DNA from: Octopus sinensis
Lineage: Eukaryota
Length of the DNA stretch: 64,000 nucleotides
NCBI RefSeq assembly: GCF_006345805.1
Contig: NC_043003.1
Coordinates: 25,420,001 to 25,484,000, forward strand
Direction of reading: 5' to 3'
This document shows, one piece after another, positions 24,590 through 36,784 of the stretch. The first letter of the stretch is position 1. Each line of letters starts with the position of its first letter. The notes under the pieces were generated by a model that searched no databases, was not told where the DNA came from, and was given only the letters and a program-made list of their open reading frames with translations. Position numbers and translations under genes: made by a program.

Positions 24590-25331
24590 TGTTGTGGCAA
24601 GAGTCATTGACACCCCTGGTGGATTGGAGAATGGACTAGCTGAACTCTTATAAAGAGTAATAGTTGGAGAGAGCGTTTTTGTAGTCTTGCTAAGTACATC
24701 ATGTGAATACGTTGATTAAACTTCCGTTGCATAATTTATTTACACCAACCTGTGGCAGGATATAAAAGTGGCGACGAGAATGAGATAAAGGTTCAGTTCC
24801 CCTGCTCACAATATATCAGGTGCAGCTGTCCAGTGTTAACCAGCTAGAAGAGATGTTTTCTTGGGGTTAAAAAAATCACACTAACGTTTGTTTTAACAAA
24901 AAACAAGAATGCTTAGTACAACAAAAAACAAGAATGCTGTGTGTAAAAAACGAACAATACTACCTAAGAGTCAGGTAACAATTATGTTACAACATCAGGC
25001 AATGAATCATCAGGATATAAAAGTTCAAATTATTAATTCCAAATTCCAGGCCGATGATACTGTGTGAAAAAGCCAATATTGTGCAAAGATACTAGAAAAA
25101 TAAATATATACAAATATTAACTTCTAACAGAAGCCAATCTCAAAGGGGTAGATGTTATGGCAAGAGTCATTGACACCCCTGGGGGATTGGAAGAATGGAC
25201 TAGCCAAACTCTTATAAAGAGTAGTAGTTGGAGAGACCATTTTGGTAGTCTCACAAAGTACATTGTGTGAACACATTGATTTAATCTCCGCTACATAATT
25301 CATCTATACCAACCTGTGGCAGGATATAAAA
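24590..25331 (+). mobile_element. TRIM-type non-autonomous LTR retrotransposon (742 bp)
   Basis: Direct repeats 24590-24767 and 25153-25331, both starting with TG. PBS TGGCGACGAGAATGAGAT at 24769 (close to the complement of the tRNA-Ser(GCU) 3' end). PPT AAAGGGGTAGA before the 3' LTR. 5-bp TSD TATTT (24585-24589; 25332-25336). No ORF. Confidence 0.88.
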
Positions 25332-26039
25332 TATTTTGAAGAAAATATTTACAAGGCAGACAGATGTTTTCTCTAATATATTCTATTTAAAAGGTCTAAG
25401 ATATCACCCAATGAAGTACTGAAACCATGTTCCAAGATCTTACTTATTGAAACCACACTTGGCAGTGGTGAGAGACAAAGAAATACTTCATTGAAGTCCA
25501 TGATCAGAATGCTATTGTAAGGTAATCATTTTGTAAACCTACTGTTATTGGTTCTTTCTCTAGAAAAACAAAAAGCAAAACAATGACAGAATTGTTAGAG
25601 TATCATACAAAATGCTTGGCATTTCATTACATCCTTTTCACATTCTGTGTTAAAATTTTTTGAGTTTTTTTAAAATCCTAAATTAGTAACCTACAAATTC
25701 TATTGGGGAACAATGTTTTGAACCATTCTCAAGTGAGATGACCAAAAAACTACTATATTGTTTTCTACAAAGAGTGGTGTTCATGACTAAGGTGGCTGTT
25801 GGGGTCATGGATCATTGTGCAAATGTTGCACAAGTCAACTAAATCCATTTGCTTAGTATATAGCTGTGAAGTACCTAAGTTATTACAACATTAGATGAAA
25901 TGCCTCACTATATTTGTTCCAATCCTCTGAGCTCTGAGTTCAAATCTCAGCAATGTTAACTTTCATCCATTCAGGGATTGATGAAAAAATATTAATCTGG
26001 AGCAGTGGATTGGAGAAACTGTCAGAACTCTAGATTAAT

Positions 26040-26440
26040 AGGGTTGGTGTTCAGTTTAAATAGCTGTAAGTTAATTGCATAAAAAACGCAAGATAGAAAG
26101 GATTTCCAGATAGTAGATGTTCTGGGGAGAATTGATTGGAGATAAAGGTAAAGGCTAGTGTGAAGATTGAGAGATGACTAGAGGAAAGGCTGGTGTGGTG
26201 CATGTGATTTCCAACCTCTCCCCTCCAAAAGTTCTATGGAGGAAGGATCAGAAATAAAAGCTAATGTGGAGACTGAAAGGAGAGACAGCATGAATAATAA
26301 GAGGATAGGCTGATGTACCATGCAGGCTTGGGTAGATCAGAGACCACAGTAGCAGTAACAAAAGGTAGAGTGAGGATACAACACATCCGTGGGCTAGGGG
26401 TTGGAGTGATTCCTTGTAAATCAGTCAGCTGTGCTGTTTT
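26040..26440 (-). mobile_element. Highly decayed LINE (CR1/L2-group) 3' fragment
   Basis: Remnant RTSTIWKSFL resembles the RT..WN.LP tail motif. Heavily frameshifted. Confidence 0.3.
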
Positions 26441-26817
26441 TGGCTGCAGTTTTGAACGTTTTTATGAGTAGCAGCTAAATCGGGTCTTGCTTAAGTTTTG
26501 TAGAAATTTAGAGCTATCTGGAGCTGATATATACAATTATGACATAATAATTCTCAGAGCTTTGTTGGTAAAGCATGAAAAATTATCTTAGGAATTCATC
26601 CTCATCATTTTAACATCCATTTTTATGGTTCAGATATTTTATCGGGATAGATTTTCTATGCCTACCTGTTGTCAACCCTCACCTGCTTCCAAGCAAAGTA
26701 ATGTTTCCCCGTGGCTGGACATGTTCTCACAGAATATTGGAAATGAACGACACTACTTGTATGACAGTGACAATTATTTTACAATGATCATGCAATGTCA
26801 AGACAAGGAGAGATATA

Positions 26818-28060
26818 TTATGTTGGCAAGAAAGTAATTTCATTTTTCACTAATAGAGTTACGATTTTTTTAAATGACATTTGTCAATATTATGATTTTT
26901 TCCTTTTGACATTTGATAGCTGTTACTTTAAGCTTACTTTAAAAGCAAATTGTGCATAATTTTGTTTACATCTGTTAGTTCAGTGTCAATTTTAACATGG
27001 AGTTCAAAACCAAATATTTTTGCCAAATATTGCTTTTTTTTTATTTCTGTAAAGACAAGAAAGCTGCTGAGGCTTTCAAAGAGATATGTGAAGTCAATGG
27101 TGTTGATTGCTTAACAGAACACACATGTCAAGAATGGTTTTAAAAAATTCTGTTCTGGAGATTTTTCACTTAAAGATGACCGAATCAAAGCTATAATTGA
27201 ATCTGATTGTCATATAACTGTGTGAGAGATTGCAGAGAGGTTAACTGTATCACACACAATTGAAAATCACTTAAAATGTCTTGGACTCATTAAGAAGCTC
27301 AATATTTGGGTTCCACATAAATTGAAAGATTGATTTAACACAATGAATCAATATTTGCAATATGCATCTCAAACACAATGAAATTGACCTTATTTTAAAC
27401 GAATCCTCACTGGTGATGAAAAATGAATTGCCTACAATAACATCAATCAAAAATGACCATGGTCCAAGTGTAATGAACCAGCACAAGTCACATTGAAAGC
27501 TGAATTGTATAAAAAAAAAAAGGTCATGCAGTCAATTTGGTGGGATTATGAAGGTGTTGTGTATTTTGAGCTGCTTCCAAGGAACCAAATGATTAATTCA
27601 GATGTTTACTGTCAGCAGCTAATGAAACTGGAGGAAGCAATTAAAGAAAAACGACCAGAATTGGCAAATCATAAAGGGATCTTGTTCCACCATGACAACG
27701 CTAGACCACACACGTTTTTGCTAACTTGTGAAAAATTATTGGAGCTTAGTTGGGAAGTGATGTCACATCCACCGTATAGCCCTGACTCAGAACCATCAAG
27801 TTATTTATTTTGAAGTTTGCAAAATTCTTTGAATGATAAAACTTTAAATAATGATCATTTGAAATCACACTTGCATCAATTTTTGGCTGATAAAGATCAG
27901 AAATTCTATAAGCACAGAATCATGAACATACCAGAAAGATGGCAAAAGGTCATCAACCAAAATGGAAAATATATAATTGATTAAAGTTCATTCTTTGTAT
28001 GAAAATAAATGACTTTTATTTTACACTAAACAACCCAAATTTACTTTCTTGCCAACCCAA
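26818..28060 (+). mobile_element. Decayed mariner transposon (mellifera-subfamily-like)
   Basis: TA-flanked TIRs TTATGTTGGCAAGAAAGTAA / TTACTTTCTTGCCAACCCAA. Broken transposase 26997-27984 with WVPH, LTGDEK, SIWWDYEGVVYFELLP, FHHDNARPH and HPPYSPD motifs. Frameshifts, stops and an internal deletion. Confidence 0.93.
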
Positions 28061-28192
28061 TATATATGTGTGTGTGTGTGACAGGCTTCTTTAAGTTTGT
28101 CTACCAAATCCACCCTCAAGGATTTGGTTGGCCCAAGGTGCTATGCAATGGCACTGAACCCAGAACCATGTAGTTGGGAATTTAACATCTTA

Positions 28193-28386
28193 TTTCTTTA
28201 TTGCCCACAAGGGGCTAAACATAGAAGGGACAAACAAGGACAAACGAATTAAGTTGATTAGATCGACCCCGGTGTGTAACTGGTACTTATTTAATCAACC
28301 CCAAAAGGATGGTGGAATTTGGACTCAGACAGGCGAAATAGTGCAAAGCATTTTGCCCAGCGTGCTAATATTTCTGCCAGCTCGCC
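28193..28386 (-). mobile_element. SINE family 2 nested in a family-1 SINE
   Basis: 16-bp TSD GGAATTTAACATCTTA (28177-28192; 28387-28402). Other monomers at ~10517-10745(+), 20452-20600(-), 29650-29868(-), 34865-35075(-) and 50695-50900(-). Confidence 0.82.
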
Positions 28387-30699
28387 GGAATTTAACATCT
28401 TACCACACAGCCACTCAACAAAAACTAATATAAAACCTAAAAGAGAGAGAAAGATGACAAAGTTACCAATGTTACTTAAATGTTAATCAGAAAGAAATTT
28501 CAAAGGTTTCCAATTATTTATTAAATTCTGTAGTGAGATACTTTGGTAAAATTTATTAAATGTAGTTATTGTTTTTCTTTTTTCTTTTTATTCGCTTTTT
28601 TTTTACCCAAGAAATTGAGAAAAAAAAAAGAAATTTTATTAAGACACAACTGGAAATTTCAAACAATTGTTCATATTGCAACTAATTTTTTGAAATTTCA
28701 GGCAATTGTTAAAATATTTGGCAATTTTTGGAGATGTTCATATTTCATTGCTGCAATCAAAGTCTGTTTCGTTTTCTTTTAATACAAATTGAAGAAAACC
28801 ATGTAAACCATCAAATGAAATTGTTAATATTAATCACAATTACTCGAGTTATTGACAAACCATAGAAATTGTTAAAACTGCAAGCAATTGTTGAGATTCT
28901 GGCCAGTTGTTGGAATTACAGACAATGATATAACAAGGTGGGAAATTGAAGGCAATAATTAAAATTGCAACCAGTCATTGGAATTACTACAAACAACTCA
29001 TAATTGTAACCATTGTTAATTCAGGATGAAAATGTTTAATAAATTGCTTGTAAGTTACAGGAACTATAGCCAACCATAAGAATCAGTGATAATTACTGGA
29101 AATAGCCTGAATCTGTTCCAATTACTGTTATATTGCAATATTAACAATCTCTGATTATCTAAAAGAGTGGATTTTTTTTGTGCATTTCAAGGCAACTTCT
29201 CTTTAAAGCTTGAATATTGTGTAACAAAAGTTTAGCAAAATGCAGAAAGACTTGGTGTTACCCAGGGTAAAAACTGGGATTTATATAACAACTGTATATG
29301 TATTTAAGAGCATTTATATGTATATAAATATATGTGTGCGTGCATGTGTGTATGTATGAAAATTATTATATATATATATTAATTCTTGATAGAATAGGTA
29401 TCCAAATGTTTAAAGGTACAAACAGTTAACAGCAACTTAGAAACTCAATATGGGAATTATGTGAATTATTAAAAAAAAAACTATTTTACTTACTAGTTAA
29501 TCTGTTCATATTGTAAAAAATCCATAGATTAATAAGATATGTAAGTAAAGGGATTTATTTAGATAACCCTTTTATATATATATTTCCATAACAAATATTT
29601 AGTTTGTGTTCTTCAAACTGTAATAATAAATGATGTATAGTTTATTAATTATCCTTTACTATTATAGGTGCAAGGCCTGAAATTTAAGGGGAAGGGACTA
29701 GTTGATTTCATCGACCCCATGGTTTCACTGGTACTTAATTTATCGACCCCAAAAGATGAAAGGCTAAGTCAACCTTGATGAAATTTGAACCCAGAATGTA
29801 GTGATGGGCAAAATACCGCTAAGCATTTTGCCCAGTGTGCTAACAATTCTGCCAGCTTGCTGCCTTATGCAGTTTATTGATAATGAGATTGAGAATGCAG
29901 TGTAAGGTCAAGATTTGTTGATCCCGCCTCAATGCTGATGATTTTCTTTGACCACATGCCAGCTTTACACTGAGAATAGTAACGTACATTCTTCTATTAT
30001 TATTTTTTTATTGATTATATTGAACCTTATCACCTCTACTCAGGTGTCAATAAGGTAAGATTTAGGTTATTTATTTATGTTCGTAAAATATCTTATAATT
30101 ATTGTTGCACTTACAGCTATCTCTGGCTGATAGGTTGTGCACCAGTAGATATTTCTGCTGAGGCACATTAGAGCCTCATAACCTAATTAGCTATAATGTA
30201 GTTTTAGATATATATCACCATTATCACTATTTACTTATTTACAAATAATTCCATGGTAAAACAATTATTGAAAATAATTCGCAAATTATTAGGAAATGTG
30301 GAAATGATACCAGTTAACTATTATTTCTTCACTGACACAGGAACCTAAAAACTTAATGTTTGTCAAAACAGCAGTGCTAATTATAAATTTCATACATTGG
30401 TACAAGGTCCTAAACCTATAGAGAAGTTCAGTGAGGTATATTATCGATTTAATTACATTACTGGAGCATACTTTGTTTTATAAACATCAAAAGAATAAAA
30501 ACAGTGCAGAACTACTTTGAAACAATGTAACTAAGTACTGTACTTGACTGTGTCTGTCTATAAATTTCACTGCTCAGAATCATAAACATTTACCATTGAA
30601 CTTGCTTGTAAACATTGATGAAAGAATTAAAAAAAAAAATCTTCATTTTCAACATCTATTTAGATTTTAATTGCTGAGGAGATGACAGGTATTTGTTTA

Positions 30700-31079
30700 T
30701 CTCTCTCTATATAAAGCTGAAGTTGTCTGTGTATGGCAGGTTTGGGAGCCTTCAACTAACACTATCTCCTCCGAGACCCTGCGGTGCAAGTTGACCAAAA
30801 TTGAGAGTATGATAGAAGAAGGCTTGCTCTTCCTTCCGTAGAAGAAAAAATTCAAATCGGACCATGTTAATACCAAAAATTATTTACATCAAAAAGGTGC
30901 TTTTTTTCTATGAGAATCCCTATTTTTTTACTATTTTTTTTACTGCTGTGTCACCATTTTTCTGTGTATTTCAACCAGAAAAATGTTCACTTAAAGAGAA
31001 TATCAAGCTTTTTACTTTTCAAAAATTCCAATTCTAAAGGGCAGAAACAAACCCGAGCAACGCTGGGCGATACTGCTAG
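30700..31079 (+). mobile_element. Non-autonomous Helitron (380 bp)
   Basis: 5' TC, 3' CTAG, subterminal hairpin CCCGAGCAACGCTGGG (31052-31067), inserted between A and T with no TSD. Confidence 0.85.
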
Positions 31080-31257
31080 TTTTGAGATATTTTTCATCTA
31101 TCTATTATGGAAATCTATATACAAGGGTCATCTAAATAAATCCTTATATTGATATAATATTATACATATATTTTGTATTTGTATCTGGTTTGCAAGATTC
31201 TTTATATGAATTTGTGTGTTGAAACAAATTAGCATAATGACTCTCCCTAGACACAAC

Positions 31258-31300
<43 letters not shown>

Positions 31301-32784
31301 CTTTTGTCTATGTTGTGGTTTAAAAACACAAAGGTAACCAGTACAATTTTTATGTTAAAAGTGCTTAGACCAGTGGCTTTCAAATGGCGCACCCATGGCA
31401 CACCACGAGGGGTATCCAAGTGTGCTGTGGATTTGAAAAATAAAATTTAAGGCTTTAGAAAATCCATATGAATGCTTGAGTGTCTTGAAAAATCATGCTA
31501 TTCGTAATTTTGTTATACTCAAGCATGATTAATTAAAAAGAAATTAAGCAAAAGGTTTTTATATTATTTTTTTCTAAATAATTAACTTTAAAGCAGTTTT
31601 TGTTTTTAAGCTTTTCATGCAAAGTAAATTGGTTATTTTTTCTTCAATTTTTAGTGTACCATAATATCAGATGAACAGAGAACCATTGGGATTTAAGCTT
31701 TATATATGTTATTTTATGTGAAATATATGGAGATGTTGATGTTAATCAATTGACCTAACAGATTGACAAACCAAAAGTTCAGGAGTAAAGAACATGTAAA
31801 TTAACATATATATCACATAAATTAACATATATATATATGTGTGTTTGTATATACACACAAGTGTTTGTATTTGTGTGCTTATATGTGTGTGTGTGTGTGT
31901 ATACGAATGTGTGGGGGTTTATAGATAAGTTGTATATGGCATCTATTTATATAAAAAAAAAAGTTCATGTTCACCATATTGTTTCAATACCAACAATGTG
32001 ACACACACACACCCACACAAACGTGACCATATAACAGGAGGTAAAGGAAAAGTACCAGAATTTTGTATAGAAACATGTTCTGTTTGGAGCTCAATGAACA
32101 AAAGTTCCAGGCATTCAATCTGGATTCTTCAGATATTTATAAATAGGGCTTTATGTCTCTAAATCCAAGTAGCAACAATAGTAGTAATGATAGTGTGAAG
32201 CACTTTACAATACAGTGTTACAAACAGAAGAAAAAAATGTGAATTATGTAGGCAGTTAGAAAAAACACTAATTAAAGTTTAAATGAAACATAATTACTAT
32301 TTGTTCTGTTAGGCTGAAGGTCAAGAAGACTATTTTTTTTTCCAGTTGTGCCATTGTGAAAATGTTTGGATGCAGAAGAGTGTATCCTTATGTGGCTATC
32401 AGATGCAATTTATCTGTTGTAACCAATATCTTATCATTGGGTATTACAGTGATTGTCAGTTTACTAGATATGGTGTATATTATTTTCAGAAATAAAATGT
32501 GTTAAAAGCAGAAATATTAGTGTCATATGAAATATATCAACCCTTTAGCATTTAAACTGACCATATCTGGCCCAAATATTCTACCTGTTTATTTTGAAAC
32601 CAAGTAGATCTGGCCTTTCACATCTACCCTATGATGTCATTCTAAAAGTAAACAACCACATTATTGAAATCTCAGAGCTATGAGGCAATGCATGATTAAT
32701 TCAAAACAATGTGAATAATAAATAAGCATTACACTCAAGTGAGTAATCTGAATGCTAAAGGATTAAGCTAGTCATCAAAAAAAA

Positions 32785-32816
<32 letters not shown>

Positions 32817-33630
32817 AGCATCAAAGTTAATTCCGGTAAAGTTAGTTGTATCTTAAACTGTATTTATATAGTTGAAGTGAAGGTGAAGAGAAAATGGTTG
32901 TTGCAAGTAAACTCTATGATAATGAAGTTGCAGTCCATGGGGGTTTTTTTCTCGGTGGTGGGGGTCTCACATTTTACTCACTAACGAATTGAAAGATCAT
33001 ATGAACACTGTAGAGTGGTGGTAAGTTCTTAGCAAGCTGACAAATATTTAGTTCTTGCTTGGAGTCATTCTGCTTCGTTTATACTACTTGAGTGTTTGAC
33101 TAGATTAGCCAATAACTTGGGGAAAAAAACAAGTTCCAAACCTTGGCACTGGGACTTTATTTTGGGTCATCAAATTTAACATAATCATTTGTTTCCATAA
33201 AGAAGCAGCCTAAAACATAAGACATGTTATGCATTCAACACAGGCAGATTTTCTTTTAGTAGTGGCTCCTATATGTGACAAGGTCAGCAGCTTTATTAGA
33301 AGTGAATGCCGACAGATAGATAATTATCATTAACTTGTGAAATGCTTAGCTTCTGCAAATTCTATTATGTTCTTGAAAGCATACAATATCAATCTTCTGA
33401 GCACTTGCTTTTCCTGCCAAAATCAATACTTTGGGTTCAAAGAATAAAACAAGGAAACGTGTGAAAGTGGTAACTAACCATGTGATAATATTGCAACGGC
33501 TGTTTCTGATAGTTTAAAAAATGTTATTCTTGAGGTATTAGACATAGTGTTATTACAATTAACAATTATAAAATGACAAGTCTAACAAAAATGATAATAG
33601 ATTGGGTATTGAAACCAAGCACGTTGAACA

Positions 33631-33787
33631 TTAAAATAAGGTTATTGCCAACATAATTTAATAAATAAATTACTATATACTCAACGGTGGTGCGTCAGCA
33701 TGGCTGTTGAAGATTAAAATAAGGTTATTGTCATCATAATTTAATAAATGAATTACTATATACTCAACGGTGGTGCGTCAGGATGGC
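33631..33787 (+). repeat. Tandem duplication of ~75 bp (period ~83)
   Basis: TTAAAATAAGGTTATTG...CTCAACGGTGGTGCGTCAG occurs twice. Confidence 0.8.
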
Positions 33788-36562
33788 TACAGCTATGAGC
33801 TGAAACTACAGCAAAAAAAAAAAATGTTGAAACAATGTATTGTAATTAAATGCCCAGAGCAGAAAATTCAAATAATAATTTTAAAAAAAACAGGATAATT
33901 TTTTTTACCCAAAATAGCAAAACACCTTAAGCTTTAAGTTTAAAAATTAATTTAAAAAAAAAAAAGAAAAAAAAAAGCAATTTCCACATCGACAGAATAT
34001 AGAGAAACAATATTGAATATCTGCTTGGCTTGATTTCATGTGGTAGTGGTAAAAAGCCCGACTCCACTTCTGAAACATAACCCCTTTTTCTTGGTACTTC
34101 TATAAAAACAAATGGAGGGGGATAACTCAATCCGGCTGTATATACTAAAAAGTAAAATTTCTATTTTAAAACGTGTAAAACCTTAATTTACAGAGAATCT
34201 ATAATGAATTATAAAAATTACTAACTGGTAATTTATTTATGATTTGATAAACAATTCATACTTGTGATAAATACATTTAGTAAATCCTCATTCAGTGTTT
34301 GATAAGGTCAGGTGTTACACGTAAAGTTAAACCCAAAATATACCAGTGTCGTAAAAACCATCAGGATCGATTGACACTGAATACACTAATTTTATTGCAG
34401 ATAACTATTTATTGTTATTTATTTATTTCCTATCACAACAAGTTTCTAATGGGTCAATCACAGGTTCACCACATTTCTAAAAGTGAGAGTGACAAGGGAG
34501 TATCTATAGCTCAAGGTAGAACAAATATCATAAGGGGCTTGGTTTGAAAAGCACTTTAATTGTTCCCTCACCAAGGTTTACACATTATGAATGTGTTTGA
34601 ATATTTCACTGATATGCACCAGCAAAACACACACACACACATGATAAACTTTCACAGTTTCTCTCTATCAAATTTCACTCACAAGATGTTAGTCAACCCA
34701 AGGTTATAGTAGAAGATGTATCACTGATGTATCATTTAGTGCAATCAAACCAGGAATCATGTGGTTGTAAAGTGAACATTTTAAGTACACACCCAAGCTT
34801 GCATCCACAATGGACTAGATGTTTGACATACAAGTGTTACATCAAATGTAAAGTAATACTAGTTCAAAAATTTTGGCATAAGGCCAGGAATTTCAGGGGA
34901 GGGGGTAAGTCAATTACATCGACCCCAGTGCTCAACTGGTACTTATTTTATTGACCCCGAAAGGATGAAAGGCAAAGTTGACCTTAGTGGCATTTGAACT
35001 CAGAACCTAAACACAGACAAAATACTGCTAAGTATTTTGCCTGGCATGCTCGTGGTTCTGTCAGCTTGCTACCTTAAAATATATAGTAATATTAACATAG
35101 ATTAATTTTTAAAATACCAACAAACACTCTAGTTTTTAAGATAGCTAAAGAAGGCAATAAATATTACTATACATTCCAGCTAGCTGATGGTAATATCAAC
35201 ACAAGTTAACAAGGGAGTTCCTATGTGGGAGCTCCACCTACTGCAAGTAGCAGCCAAATTTACCTTAAATTACAAGCTGCTATTTAAAAAAAAAAGAGAA
35301 GGGTACACATTGGATCATGTGGCTTTAAATTCATGAAAGGCAAACTCATTCCAATTGGAACACCTTTGATCATAGGACTCAGTTTGGGCTCACCTGATGC
35401 TAAATAACAAAAACAGCAGTAACCAGGTCAGTTGCTTTTAAGTGCTTTAGTCAGTTATGGAAGAAAATATGTCTACATCATATTATCATCATTTTTATGT
35501 GTTTCTTCCACACTGGCATTGGTTAGACAAGAATTTGAGGCTGTATTCTACAGCCTGATGCCTTTTCTGTCAACAACTATGACTTGTTATGTATATGTAT
35601 ACGCACATTACATATAATGGTTAGTTTTTAAAAAGAATTAGCATCAGAAAAGTATTATAGTCCTACAGCTAAATTTTGGTAATGCAATTCCATTACTACT
35701 GCTAGTTCAGAAGTAAAGGTCCCTACATTGAATCTAATGAGGTACAATGCACATGTCCAAGAATAAGGACACCTGCTGATGATCAAAGATCAAACCAAGA
35801 GTAAAATAGTAATCTTAGACACTTACACATTTAATCAGCATTATTCAACTAGAACTATGAAAACGACTAGTTTAGGTAAAATACCATCTAACCAGCACCT
35901 TGTCCCATTCAGAACTACATATTGCACTTGCCTCTTTTTACATGTTCTTACTTATATTTTGTTTCACTTCCCAAGCTCTTGTATGTAGTCATCATCTCCA
36001 AAGTCTCAATATTTGAATAAACCACTAGCATCCAACTCTTTAGATTCTGCATTAACCAAATCAATATCACATCTCCATCTGATGTCAGTGAACCCTCAAG
36101 AAATTGAAGCAATATCACTATTCTTCAAAGGCAAAAGTTAAAGAGAAAGAAAACTAAAATCTGCTATGAGTGAGTAAATTACTACTATTGTATCTAAAAC
36201 TATTCTATGTATCTACACCATTATTGCTGTGTAATAAAAGAATCATTTCAATAAGTATTCTTTACAAACTACTTCATGAAGAAAAATGGAAACCATTGAT
36301 AAAATGACTATAACTAGTTTATTGATAATGATATCATCATTATCATCATCAGTTATATATCTATTTTTCCATGTTAGAATGAGTTGGTTACGGTTACATT
36401 AAATTTTTTTATGCACCTCTATGAGCACACCTTCTGTGAACAGTACCAACAATAAACATTTGTTAGTTAACACAATGGGGTAAGTAGAATACCATATAAT
36501 ACCAGATAAAACTGAAGAGAAATGTTGAAATTTTGTACAAGTTTGCAATCAAATTTAATTAA

Positions 36563-36784
36563 CCCTTTCGTTACTGTATTCATTTTAAGATGCTCTGTGT
36601 TTCTTTCAATTAATTGTAAATATAACAAAGAATTTAGTAAAATAACTTAGTTATCATTAAGCTACTGTTAGGATCATAAATTGGGACTAAGGTTTGGTGG
36701 TATATTTTAATGAAAAACTTATGAAAACAAGACATTTATACTACAGAGCCAGAGCCGGTTTTGGCCGGGTTAGTATCAAAAGGG
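36563..36784. mobile_element. piggyBac-like MITE, second family
   Basis: TTAA|CCCTTTCGTTACT ... AGTATCAAAAGGG|TTAA. Confidence 0.78.
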
